This document shows, piece by piece, positions 26,076 to 38,122 of a stretch of DNA of 64,000 bases. Origin of the DNA: Chiloscyllium plagiosum (lineage: Eukaryota); NCBI RefSeq assembly GCF_004010195.1, contig NC_057719.1:83212027-83276026 (forward strand), given 5' to 3'. Under the pieces are notes generated by a model. That model did no database searches. It was not told where the DNA came from and saw only the letters and a list, made by a program, of their open reading frames with translations. Position 1 is the stretch's first letter. The number at the start of each line of letters is the position of its first letter. A program made the position numbers and the translations under genes.

Positions 26076-26941
26076 GGTAATCCCACTAGTTTTTGGCTTT
26101 AACAGACCTGTTGCAATTCCTTAGGTAACAAAGCATTCTGCGCCTGCAGGCCACAACCACTAGAAAACGTTCAGACTTGGGGCTGATAATCCCAAGTTAC
26201 TGCACGTTCAGCCAATAACCAACACTGCCCACATTAAACAAACAAATAAATTAAGAAAAAGCACAACTTAAATCTTTCCTGTTGCCTGGTCATTACAAAT
26301 GTAAAAACGTCCGGCCTTTCACCAAGGGGGTCACGTTACTTAGTGACCCTACTCCCATCACAAATTTCCTTTCTGCTTAAACTGGTGCGCTTCTGCAGTA
26401 TTTTATTTTGTTCTGTGTTCTTTGTTTGTTTTGTCATTATTGCTGTCCGTTTAATATCTCCAACCCTGTTCTAAGTCCTTCAAAAATTAGATGTTTCTAA
26501 TCGATTACCATCCTTTTTGTCATACCTGCATCCTTCGCAAATATTATCGTAAACCATATTATGGTCACTGCTGCCTAGGTCTCTACATACTGGTATTGCT
26601 CTCAGCTGTTCTGACACATTACCCATTACGGTGATCCAAAAAATAAACCTGGTCTTGTTAGGCTTCCTGCAAATGTCTCCCCCGCCCTTGCCCTCACCTC
26701 ACCCCCCCCCCAGCCCTGCCACAATGGCATTGTAGGTCTACCTACACCAAACAAACTGCAGCAGTTCACCAAGAGATCTCACTGCCAGCTGAAAGGGCAA
26801 TTAGGGATGGGCAATAAATACCGGCCCTGCCAGCCAAGCTCACACCCTACGAGCAAATAAAGCATGGAGCTAGAAAGGTATTCTGAATAGATTGCAGGAA
26901 TTTCATTCCCTTTTCCCTATTATCTACCTCTTGTTCGATTA

Positions 26942-28545
26942 ACATAGTGTCATGGAGATATACAGCACAGAAACAGATCCCTCAGTCTAACTCATCCACA
27001 CCGTCCACATATCCTAAATTAATTCAGCCCCATTTGCCAGTATTTGGCCCATATCTTTCCAAACCATTCCTGTTCACATCCTGACCCAGATGCCTTTTAA
27101 AATGTTATAATTGTACCAGCCTCCACCATTTCCTCGGGCAGCTCATTCCATACACACACCGTCCTCTGCGTGAAAAAATGCCACTTTAGTCCTTTTTTAC
27201 ATCTTTCCCTTCTCACCCTAAACCTATGCCCTCCCCCACCCTGGAGAAAAGACCTTGATTATTCACCCTATCCATGCCCCTCATCATTTTATAAACCTCT
27301 ACAAGGTCACCCCTCAGCCTCCGACGCTCCAGGGAAAATAGCCCCTGCCTATTCAGCCTTACCCTATAGCTCAAATTCTCCAACTCTGGCAAAATCCTTT
27401 TAAGTCTTTTCTGAACCCTTTCAAGTTTTATAACATCTTTCCTATAGCAGGGAGATCATGCCCCTCATCATTTTATAAACCTCTACAAGGTCACCCCTCA
27501 GCCTCCGACGCTCCAGGGAAAATAGCCCCTGCCTATTCAGCCTTACCCTATAGCTCAAATCCTCCAACTCTGGCAACATCCTTTTAAGTCTTTTCTGAAC
27601 CCTTTCAAGTTTTATAACAGCTTTCCTATAGCAGGGAGATCAGAACTGAACATAATATTCCAAAAAGTGGCCTAACCAATGTCCTGTACAGCCACAACAT
27701 GACCTCCCAACTCCTGTACTCGATGCACTGACCAATAAAGGAAAGTGTACCAAACGCCTTGAATTGTGAATTTGTACTCCAAGATCCTTTTGTTCAGAAA
27801 TACTCCCCATAACCTTACCATTAAGTGTCTAAGTCCTGTTGTGATTTGCCCTACCAAAAATGTAGCACCTCACAGTTATCAAGATTAAACTCCATCTGCC
27901 ACTCCTCGGCCCATTGGCCCATCTGATCAAGATCCTGTTGTAATCTGAGGTAACCTTCTTTGCTGTCCACTACACCTCCAATTTTGGCGTCATCTGCAAA
28001 CTTACTAACCATCCCTCCTATGTGCACATCCAAATCATTTATATAAATGTTGAAAAGCAGTGGATCTATCACTAATCTCTGTGTAACACCGCTGGTCACA
28101 GGCCTCCAGTCCAAATAGCAACCCTCCACCATCACCCTCTGTCTCCTACATACTAGCCATTTGTGTCTCCAAATGTCTAGTTCTCCCTTTATTCTACATG
28201 ATCTAACCTTGCTAACCGGTCTATCAATCTTGTTGAATGCCTTACTGACATATAGATAGCGTCCACTGCTCTGTCTTCATCAATCGTCTTCATCACTTCT
28301 TCAAAAAACTCAATCAAACTAGTGAGGCATGATTTCCTATGCACAAAGCCATGTGAACTATCCCTAATCAGTCCTTGCCTTTCCAAGTACATGTAAATCC
28401 CATCCCTCAGGATCCCCTCCAACAACTTGCCCACCACTGAGGTCAGACTCTCTGGTCAATAGCTCCCTGGCTTTTCCATACCACCTTTCTTCAGTAATGG
28501 TACCAGGTTAGCCAACCTCCAGTCTTCCAGGACCTCACCTGCGGC
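26942..28545 (-). mobile_element. HER1/CR1 LINE ORF2 (RT) fragment, ~1.6 kb, with internal 184-bp tandem duplication
   Basis: VGKLLEGILRDGIY..SCLTSLIEFFEEV, WRPVTSGV.Q..YINDLD..SKFADDAKIGG; stops and frameshifts. Confidence 0.93.
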
Positions 28546-29269
28546 CACAAAGTTCGTGGGTTACAACTGATCCAATACCAAGGTAGTCTTCTGTTTTTCA
28601 TTCGTTTCCCTAATTTGTCTGCATGGTTTCCTCCCATCTAATTCCAGTCCTCTATTCGGAGGTCTCTACACCCATGATGAATCCTCTATTTTGTTTCACC
28701 TCTATGCACAGGATTCTATTTGTGTCTTACTGTCAGTCAAGCCAGTTTCATCCCCTGCTATTATGTCACCCCACCTCCTGGCCTTTGTCCCCCCTAACCC
28801 TTTCTTTTCCAACTATACTATGCCCTAGAACATTTCATCTACAATCCTGACTTCTCTGTAGCCACATCTCAGTAATCCCTACATTGGATTCCACACACAG
28901 ATCATCACAGACACTATGAAAAGCTGCACCCTTAAACATTTTTTTTCTAACAGCTCTGTTCACTTCATTTCTAACTAGCTTTTTTTTGCACTGCTGTTTT
29001 ATAACTCTATTCTTTGGCTATATATTTTATATATATATAGTCCCTCCCTTATTTTGGTTTCCTTTCCTGTGTTGTTTACATTTACATTTGTTTGTACGTG
29101 GCGCTTCAGTCTTACTAATTTAAATCCTCTCCTTAATCCGGCAGCCCATGAGTGGAAATTTAATGTGCAGGGATATGATTGCGCTTGGATCAGACTGAAT
29201 TCGGCACTTCATCCAAAAACCAACACACTCTGGCTGCCTTCCCATGTGGAGCCAGGGAGCACTGTGAAC

Positions 29270-29905
29270 TCACAAGACCATAAATACAGAAGCAGAATTA
29301 GGCCAGTCAGCCCATCGAGTCTGCTCCACCATTCGATCATGGTTGATATGTTTCTCAACCTACTCTTCTGCCTTCTCCCAGTAACCCTTGATCCCCTTAG
29401 TAATCAAGAGCCTACCTCTGTCTTAAATCTACTCAATGACTTGGCCTCCACAGCCTTCTGTAGCACTGCGTTCCACAGATTCACCACTCCCTGGCTGAAG
29501 GGATTCATCCTCATCTCAGTTCTAAGGGGTCACCCCTTCACTCTGAGGCTTTGCCCTCAGGTCCTAGTCTTTCCTACTAGTGGAAATATCTTCTCCACAT
29601 CCATTCTAACCAGGCCTCTCAGTAAGTTCCAATCAGATCCTCCCTCATCCTTCTAAACTCCACTAAGTTCAGACCAGAGTCCTCGATCGATCCTGGTACG
29701 ATAAGCCCTTCATTGTAAAATTCCTCTGGACTCCCTCCAATGCCAGCATATCCTTCCTTAGATCTGGGGCACGAAACTGCTCACTATATTCCACAAATGG
29801 TCTGACCAAAGTCTTATGCATCCTCAGCAATACAGCTTTGCTCATAATGTTGTAGCCCTCTTGAAAGGAGCACTTACATTTCATTTGCCTACCTAACTGC
29901 CGAAT
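29270..29905 (-). mobile_element. CR1-family LINE 3' fragment (second subfamily)
   Basis: KTLVRPFVEYSEQFRAPDLRKDMLALEGVQR plus 3' UTR. Confidence 0.85.
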
Positions 29906-30714
29906 TAACTTATTTCCAAGTAAGCAGTACACTCTTTTAAAAAGCTATCATTGAATATGTTTGAGTTACTCTTTCAGAGAGCACTTTTCAGATCACAATT
30001 TGTTGGAAAACGCTTTTGTTTTCCCTGATCACCTCTTTTGGCATACGTCTGTCCCCCCCGGTTACTGAGCTTCTGAGACTAGAAGCAATTATTCCTCAGT
30101 CTATCACTATTCCAAATGGTGCCTGATCAGAGCCTTATATAGCCTCAGCAGTACATGCCAGTTCTTGTATTATAGCCCTCAGCGGTGATGCACAAGGTAG
30201 TGTTTCTGCTTCTCAGTCAGGAAGGTCAGGAGTTCAAATCCCTCCGCAGGCAGACAATTTAAAAAAAAAAGAAAATAATTCTTGGCAATTTGGGCATCGC
30301 TGACCAGGCCAGGACAGAAGGCCCGTTCCTAATTGCCCTTGACATGGTGTGGTGGTGAGCTGCCTTCTGGATCTACTGCAGTCCTTGGGGTATGGGCACA
30401 CTCACAATGCTGTTAAAGGGAGTACTGAATTATGACCCAGTGATAGAATACCAGGACAGGCTGGTAAGCAGCTGGGGAGGGGAAGATGCAAGATGGTGGC
30501 ATTCCCGTGTAGCAGCTACCCTTACAGCTGGTGGGGGCGCAATGAGTTTGAAAGGCACTGCTAAAGGTTGTCTGTCTATCAGTGAATGTTGAAGCCGGTA
30601 TAAATCTACAGCATTGTTATTTCAATCTCACACTCCCGGCCACTTCAGAGAGGGGAGTTCCCTTACAGGTGAAAGGTTAGGCACAGCTCCTATCTAATGC
30701 TTATCCTTTTTTTT

Positions 30715-31055
30715 TTAAATTCATTCATGGGATGAGGGGGTCGCTGGCATTTATTGCCCCTCCCTACTTGCCTAGAGGGCAGTTCAGAGTCAACCACATT
30801 GCTGTGGGTCTGAAGTCACATGTAGGCCAGACAAGGTAAGGATGGCAGTTTCCTTCCCTGTAGGACATCAGTGAATCCAATTGGGTTTTGCCAACAATTG
30901 GCAATGGCCTTGTGGTCATCAGTAGACTCTTAATTCCAGATTTTTAAAAACATTAAGCTCAAATTCCATCATCTGCCATGGCGGGAGTCAAACCCGCGTC
31001 CCCAAATCATTACCTCAGTCCAGTGAGAATACCACCAGGACATTGCCTCCCCACC
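30715..31055 (-). mobile_element. tRNA-headed SINE (as 1495-1880)
   Basis: Homologous body and head. Confidence 0.75.
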
Positions 31056-31777
31056 ATTGTGGTCATAACAACGGCTTTAAAAAGCATATTTTGTCCTGAT
31101 TTCTTTGAGAGAGAGATTGCTGGGGCGCAGGTGATGAGCAGTCTATGAGAAGATAAACAATTCCTCCTTTCTTTTGTTGTATTTTAACCAAAGCGGATGA
31201 ATAAAGTGAGTTTTGCTTTAAATCTGGTAGTTTAACCAATCGAATTGCACCTGGAACACAACACCTTACATTCACCCTTAAAATATTTGGAGGGGATTGG
31301 GTCTAATCTATAACTCTGTAGTTAACTGCAAGCAAAGCAGCCTAGCAATCATGGTCACACCTTCACTTATAAGAATTTACTCCATTAAATATAGATGCTA
31401 CATATGTGTCCCACGTATTATCCTGCCACTGGTGACTATGCCCTCTTGGCCCAAGTTGCTATAAACATTTCATAACCTACGCTGTCCTTCTCATTCATGT
31501 CTGTAACCCGGAGTGCTTCGTCGTTCTCAATGCAAAATTTAGTTTGATAATCTGTGAAGATCTTTGGGAAGCCTTCGTAGGTCAGGGGTGCAATACAAAT
31601 GCAAGTTATTGTTCTACCACTTGGGACAACTGATGAACTGAACACATTTCGCAAGAGTGGCTATCAGACTCTGAGCTGCAGCGATATTAGGCCAGGTGAT
31701 GATAAGTATGCATCTTAAAAGGAGTACAGGGCAAGGCAGGAAGATGAAGAGGTTTAGGGAGGAAATGATAGAGTTAT

Positions 31778-32050
31778 AGCGTCATAGAGATGTACAGCAT
31801 GGAAACAGACCTTTCGGTCCAACTCGTCCATGCCGATCAGATATCATAACCTAATCTAGTCTCATTTGCCAACATTTGGCCCATATGCATATAAACCCTT
31901 CCTATTCATGTATCCGTCCAGATGCCTTTTAAATGCTGTAATTGTACCAGCCTCCACCACTTCCTCTGGCAGCTCATTCCATACACGTACCACCCTCTGC
32001 GTGAAAACATTGCCCCTTAGGTCCCTTTTTATATCTTTCCCCCTCACCTG
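31778..32050 (-). mobile_element. HER1/CR1 3' fragment
   Basis: RDLRGNVFTQRVVRVWNELPEEVVEAG plus tail. Confidence 0.9.
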
Positions 32051-32236
32051 CTTTTTGGGTTTGGACAATTAATGTGACTTTTGTCAACAGAGGCATAAGG
32101 ATCAGCGATGGTGCAAAGCACGAGTTAAAGGATATCTCATTTGTAGGGCTGGAGAAAAACAGAGAGGGAGAGACGAGGCTCTGAAGTGGGTAACACAAAA
32201 CCTGAGAATTTTAAAATCGAAGACTTGCCATTGTAG

Positions 32237-32460
32237 GAGAAAGTGAGCACTGCAGATGCTGGTGAGTCAGAGTCGAATAGTGTGGTGCTGGAAAAGCACA
32301 GCCGGTCAGGCAGCATCCGAGGAGCAGGAGAATCGACGTTTCAGGCATAAGGCCTTCATCATCAACACACTCCTGATGAAGGGCTTGTGCCCGAAACATT
32401 GACTCTCCTGTTCCTCGGATGCTGCCTGACCGGCTGTGCTTTTCCAGCACCACAATTTCC
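32237..32460. mobile_element. Penelope-like inverted (back-to-back) insertion with two hammerhead motifs and 15-bp TSD
   Basis: TSD gacttgcca(t/c)tgtag at 32222-32236 and 32461-32475; ~85-bp inverted arms. Confidence 0.85.
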
Positions 32461-32762
32461 GACTTGCCACTGTAGCTCACTGAGCAAAGTGTTGGGTGAA
32501 TGGAAGCTGGAACAAGTGAGGAAATGGGAAAGAGGGATTTGGATAATTCTTGAGAAGCGTGTTGTTGATGTTCTTTGTCTTGCATTGATCAGGATAACTG
32601 CAAGGATTCCAAATTTCAAAGAACCACAACAATTAGTACTACGAGAGGAGATGATACTGATCGGTTGGCAGATCGACTCTAATTGGCCATAATAAGAGCA
32701 GAATTAGTCCAATCGGCCCACCGAGTCTGTTCCACCATTCGATCATGGCTGATATGTTTGAA

Positions 32763-33020
32763 ATTAGATTAGATTAGATTACTTACAGTGTGGAAACAGG
32801 CCCTTCGGCCCAACAAGTCCACACCGACCCGACGAAGCGCAACCCACCCGTACCCCTACATTTACCCCTTCACCTAACACTACGGGCAATTTAGCATGGC
32901 CAATTCACCTGACCCTGCACATCTTTGGACTGTGGGAGGAAACCGGAGCACCCGGAGGAAACTCACGCAGACACGGGAGAACGTGCAAACTCCACACAGT
33001 CAGTCGCCCGTGCCGCCCAC
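32763..33020 (-). mobile_element. HE1 SINE with internal head deletion, nested in a CR1 3' UTR (32690-33100)
   Basis: (ttaga)n tail and V core; CR1 UTR continues on both sides. Confidence 0.88.
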
Positions 33021-33374
33021 AGTTTCTTAACCCCATTCTCCTGCCTTTTCTGCGGAAACCTTCATCTGCTTACCAATCCCAAGAACCGATCTGTCTCAAA
33101 CAGGCTGAGATGTTGTCATGGACAAAACGAGAGAGAACTATAGACTCTTTGATTTCCCAAATAATTTTTTTAAAAGTACAAAGCTTAATCACATTCTCAT
33201 TGTCTGCAGAGAATGGGTCCCTGTGAGTAAATGAGCCACTTTATCAGCTTGACCAATCATCTTCAACTGCCTGTTAGCGTGGGTTTTGGCACACTCAGGA
33301 CTCTACAACGGATGCTGTCCATTCGTGGACTCTTACTTTAACAGTAAATATCTTGGTTAGCATTTGCAAGCACA

Positions 33375-33480
33375 GGAATTCTGACAAAGAGTCACCGGAC
33401 CTGAAAGGTTGATTCTCCTTTCTCTCCACGAGTGCTGCCAGACCTGTTGAGATGCTTGAGCGGCTTCTGCTTTTATTTGT
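33375..33480 (+). mobile_element. Penelope-like family 2 element (degenerate hammerhead)
   Basis: gaatt-ctgacaa-agagtc accg gacct-gaaaggtt-gattc. Confidence 0.6.
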
Positions 33481-34511
33481 GAATGGAATTAGCTGGGTCT
33501 GGCCATGACAAAGGCATAGGTGAGGATTTCAGTAGCAGATCAGCTGAGACAGGGTCAGAGAAGGGTGTTGTTAACCAATATGGTTAATTAAAGCTTTCCC
33601 CTGCCTACATACCCCAACCTAAAACAAAATGGCAACTGGAAGTGAAAGACAAGGGCAATGATGTTTTCTCCTGGTGAGGTGATACTTGAGGTAATCCTTG
33701 AAGAAACCCTGGATGTGACTGGCCAATTGTGCTTGCTATTGTTAACACAGACTGATTAGGAGAGTCCAGTTTTACATACAAGAGCTGAACTTGCCAGTCC
33801 TCGAACTAACCAACCATCTCCACCCATTGTCCCACAGCTCAATGCTCACAGACCATACATTAATTGGAATAATCAGCACACAATGGACCAAGTGTCTTTC
33901 TGCATGACGGACGCATTAAGACAAGGTTCGGTAATCAAACACAGTCCCAGGGAAGCTAAGAGAGAGAGCAACTGTACGAGAACAGACATATCGCCAAGCT
34001 GGAGACTGCAGGGTGGGAGCTCAAGAGCCAAGACCCATCTTTGAAGGTGAAAACGACTGAAGCCTTTCAGATTTCCAAACACGTTTGGTCCTCAGCATTT
34101 TCATGGCTTTGCTGCACTCAAACAGATCTATCTAAAGCTTGGAGAAACAGGCAGAGTTCCAACACACAAGTGACTTTCTTCCCAAACCCTTCACGCATGC
34201 ATGCACACACATACACGCCGAATAGGAGGCTTCTGTTTTCTCTCAGTCAGGATCTCCTCCCATGATGCAAAATGCTTCACCCAACAGTGGCCAAACCAAG
34301 AATAGGACAGCTCCCATCGGGAACTCGGTGCAAGCTCCATTCCCATTCGGCGCCCACCCCCACCCTGCCTGAGGCCTCATCTGTCAGTACGCTCAAACAG
34401 TGCGGAACATTTTCACGTTAAGCCCAGGCAAATGTCTGCCACCACAGATTCTGCACCCAAAAAACTGCTGCAAATCCTGTTCCTTCAGCCCTTTAGTGAC
34501 TTATACTAGCG

Positions 34512-34638
34512 CCATTCCTGTTAAAGAGCTTCCGCCCGAAACATCGACTCTCCTGCTCCTCGGATGCCTGCTGTGCTTTTCCGACACCACATTTTTTGAC
34601 TCTGATCTCCAGCGTATCTACAGCCCTCACTTTCTCCC
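34512..34638 (+). mobile_element. Penelope-like family 1 element (decayed)
   Basis: cattcctgttaaagagcttccgcccgaaacatcgactctcctgctcctcggatg. Confidence 0.7.
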
Positions 34639-34639
34639 A

Positions 34640-35610
34640 ATGTCTGGGGTGCGCCTTGCCTGGTTTCCCTGGTCACCTGCCTGGATTGGCTCCAGCCCCA
34701 TCATCCCTCCTCCAACTTTACACACCTCCAATCCAGGAGCTCGCAGACCCCAACAATTTGGATAATTGCACCCCATGGTTGCCAAGCGCCCAAAGTAAAA
34801 CCAACGTGGATGCGGTGGGATCCCATCTGCACGTAGCCCTGCTTGGGCGGGATTTCACATCGGCCCTAGGATCCCGTACCCTCCCCACACCCCCTGGGGC
34901 ACCTGAGCCACCTCCGGAATATTTGGGACGTCTTTCAGAGATGCGAAAGGACTGGCCACGTACAGACTGCTGCTGCACAGCGTCCACCTCTTCTCCATCA
35001 TCCGCTGCCCCAGACACGCCTTGGCGTGCTCATTTAAGCCTGGGTGGCACAGATGCCCAGTGGAAGGCTCTCAATGCAGGGGTCCTCACCCTATCCTTGT
35101 CAGGGGGGATCTGGGGTGGAGGGTGCTGCACGCAGCGGTCCCCTATAACCACAGATGGCGGTGGTTCACAGACTCCCAGCCCAACTGCTTGTTCTGTGGT
35201 GCTGTGGAGTCCATGGATCATAATGGGGTTTGCGCTCCCATTTTAGTTTTCTGAAAATCCTTCTCCTCTGCTTTTGCCTGCACCTCAGTCCCATGCTCCT
35301 GATCTTTGAGCACCCAGTGCAGAGGGGCAAGTCCAGATCAGAGGACCTCCTCATGGGTCTGCTCCTGGGCCTGGCTAGACTGGCCATAAACAGGTCCAGG
35401 CAGCAGGCGGTGGAGAGGGTTGTTATGGCCGTTTGCCTGCCCCTCTTCCGCGGTCACGTTCGGGTCTGAGTGTCCCTGGCGATGGAGCACGTGGTGTCTA
35501 CCAACACCCTCGATGTCTTCAGGGTGAAGTGGGCACCATGTGTGTTTTACTTACCCCCCCTCTAACCCTATTTTGATTTAATCCCAACTCTTCCCCCTTC
35601 ACTTCGCTCA
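34640..35610 (+). mobile_element. Tx1/L1-clade LINE ORF2 C-terminal remnant (zf-RVT region)
   Basis: Frameshifted DLGWRVLHAAVPYN..CLFCGAVESMDH..LLLGLARLAINRSR motifs typical of Tx1-like ORF2. Confidence 0.8.
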
Positions 35611-37144
35611 TCTCAGCATTGCCTCTATCTCTCTCTCTCTCTCTCATTACCGGTGCCCAAAGGGGTGTTTTTCCTGGTGGTGGAAACATTGAATAAAAAG
35701 TTAGGAAGAACACCATTTGTATAAATAAGTCCCCACACAAGATGGGTGCCAGGCAAATAATGTAAGCACCACTGCTATATGGGAATAAAACAACATGATA
35801 GCCAATCTTTATATGCTCCCTAACTCTCTCCACCTCTCTCTCTCTCTCTCTGAAAACCCTTGTTTACATATACAAGGCCATTAAGAGAGTTTACCTTTTT
35901 TAAAAAAAGACACCATTGCTGTGAGTATACAATGTTGGGACTCTGCCTGGTAGTTAGCCCGCTGTGGTTAAGACCGAAATCAGGAGAATTCTTTTCCCCA
36001 GGGAGAGTGGACTGAGCATCCAAGGGACTCTTCTCCCCAAAAGGCAGTGGGAGCCTGATGTTAAAAAAGTTACGCTGCTACACGGTCTTACCAGACCATA
36101 AACCTGCTCCCTCATGACAGCGAGAGAGACAGATGACTGGTGGTGGTTTAACCAGAGGGTTACCATGGCTTGGCCGAGGGGAGAGGTTAAGAAGCAGACT
36201 CCTTCCTGGTAACCTCAGCCAGTGCAGGATTTGAACCCACACTGTTGGCATCGCTCTGCACAGAGGTGTACAGGTTCTTGTTAAGGGGTGGGCGAAAGGT
36301 TATTGTAATAGGTGGAGTCTGGAGCATTCAGATCTTCCTATCGAACAGGCTGAGTAGCCTCCTCCTGACTTGTACACTAAACATTGTCACTTTGCTGTAA
36401 TGCTTGCTTCACAGCTTACAACGGTGTTTTAAATAAACTAACCCACTGAGTGAATTAACCCCTGATTGATTAGGACACCATTAACGTGAACAGTTGCCTG
36501 TTCTAATACTCCCTTAGCCGACTCAGTGTCAAATCTTGTAGGGATGCTGCTCCCATGCAAATGCTTCACGATGTTTTATTTCCTTAAAAGGCAAATGCAA
36601 GCAATTTTTTTTTGCTGATCATTCAACATAACAGTGCGGACAGCCTTAAGCAAACCTCAAGCTCCCATGCTAACGGGAATCATTTCTGTTTTCACTCATC
36701 ATAAGGGCCACATCTGTTTTTATTTCGCCATTTCAATACACGTACTGCTCCCATCACATATTACTGTGAGCCGAATCCAATAACTCGCAGCCAATTGAGC
36801 AAGTCTGTCCTTCAAACGGGAGTCTAACAGCATGGCGCAAGCTGTCCCAGCATCTCACCTCATACGTACACCTTCAACTGAGCTGGGAGTGGAGACGAAC
36901 AACAGTGCATTCTGGGGGGCGGGGGAACGGTGTGGACTCGATGGGCCAAATGGTGGCTTCCACACTGTATGGATTCTACGATTCTCTGACATGACACACC
37001 TTGGCAGCAACACCAAAAATACATCAGGTTTCACATGTACCCTGACCACACCCCGACCTCTCTCACCATCATCTCTCTCTCTCTCTCTGTATCTCAACCC
37101 TAAACAGACATGTGCTGACGACCTTAACACCTTGACCTCGCGTC

Positions 37145-37820
37145 ACCATTAAGACCACAGCTCTTGGATTCATGTTCTGTATTCCACATTCCCATCTTGC
37201 CTAGCAAGACTCCACCTACCTCCACCTTCAACTCATAATGTCACCAAACCGTCAGAGAGGATAAGAAAATTCCTCTCATCTCCCTCCGGACTGGGCAACT
37301 CCCAATTTCGAAAGCCTGGTTCTGGACTCGACCACAAGATGAAACATTTTTTCCGCGTCCACCTTGTCAAGACCATTCAGGGGTCTTGTACACTTCAGTG
37401 AAATCACCCCTTGCTCTTTTAAGCAAAACTAACCCAAAGTGTCCAATCTTTCCTCATAAGATAATCCTCTCGTTCCAGGTGTCAACTTAGTAAACCTCTC
37501 CAGTGCTTTTACACTCCTTCTTAAGTAAGGAGACCAAAGCTGCAGTGTTCGAGATCTGGTCTCACCAATCCCCTCCATAACTGAACCAGAATCTCCTTAC
37601 ATTTATGTTCAATTCCTTTCGGTGATAAATTCTGACTTTCCTTCTTGGTTAGGTATTGTCGCTGAAAACTCACATTTTGTGACAAATGCTTTAGATAACC
37701 TAGATCCTTCTGAACCTCTAGACTTCCAGCCGTTGAAGTAACACCGTTTTCTAAGCTTCCTGGCAAAGTGAACAACTTTGCATTTTCTCCACGTTACGCT
37801 CCATCTGCCAGATTTTTGCT
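37145..37820 (-). mobile_element. Degenerate CR1 LINE fragment
   Basis: KDLG..GIEHKCKEILVQLWRGLVRPDLEHC motifs. Confidence 0.75.
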
Positions 37821-37821
37821 A

Positions 37822-38122
37822 ATTAGATTACATTACAGTGTGGAAACAGGCCCTTCGGCCCAACAAGTCCACACCGCCCCGCCAATGCGCAACCCACCCA
37901 TACCCTTACATTTACCCCTTACCTAACACTACAGGCAATTTAGCATGGCCAATTCACCTGACCTGCACATCTTTGGACTGTGGGAGGAAACCGGAGCACC
38001 CAGAGGAAACCCATGCAGACACGGGGAGAACGTGCAAACTCCACACAGACAGTCGCCTGAGGCGGGAATTGAATCCGGGTCTCTAGCGCTGTGAGGCAGC
38101 AGTGCTAACCACTGTGCCGCCC
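37822..38122 (-). mobile_element. HE1 SINE
   Basis: Near-consensus, nested in CR1 remnants. Confidence 0.92.

Noticed and set aside
29054..29656. 200-aa plus-strand ORF
   Set aside because: Mostly antisense to a CR1 fragment.
34596..35469. 216-aa ORF and neighbours as a host gene
   Set aside because: Frameshifted Tx1-like LINE remnant.
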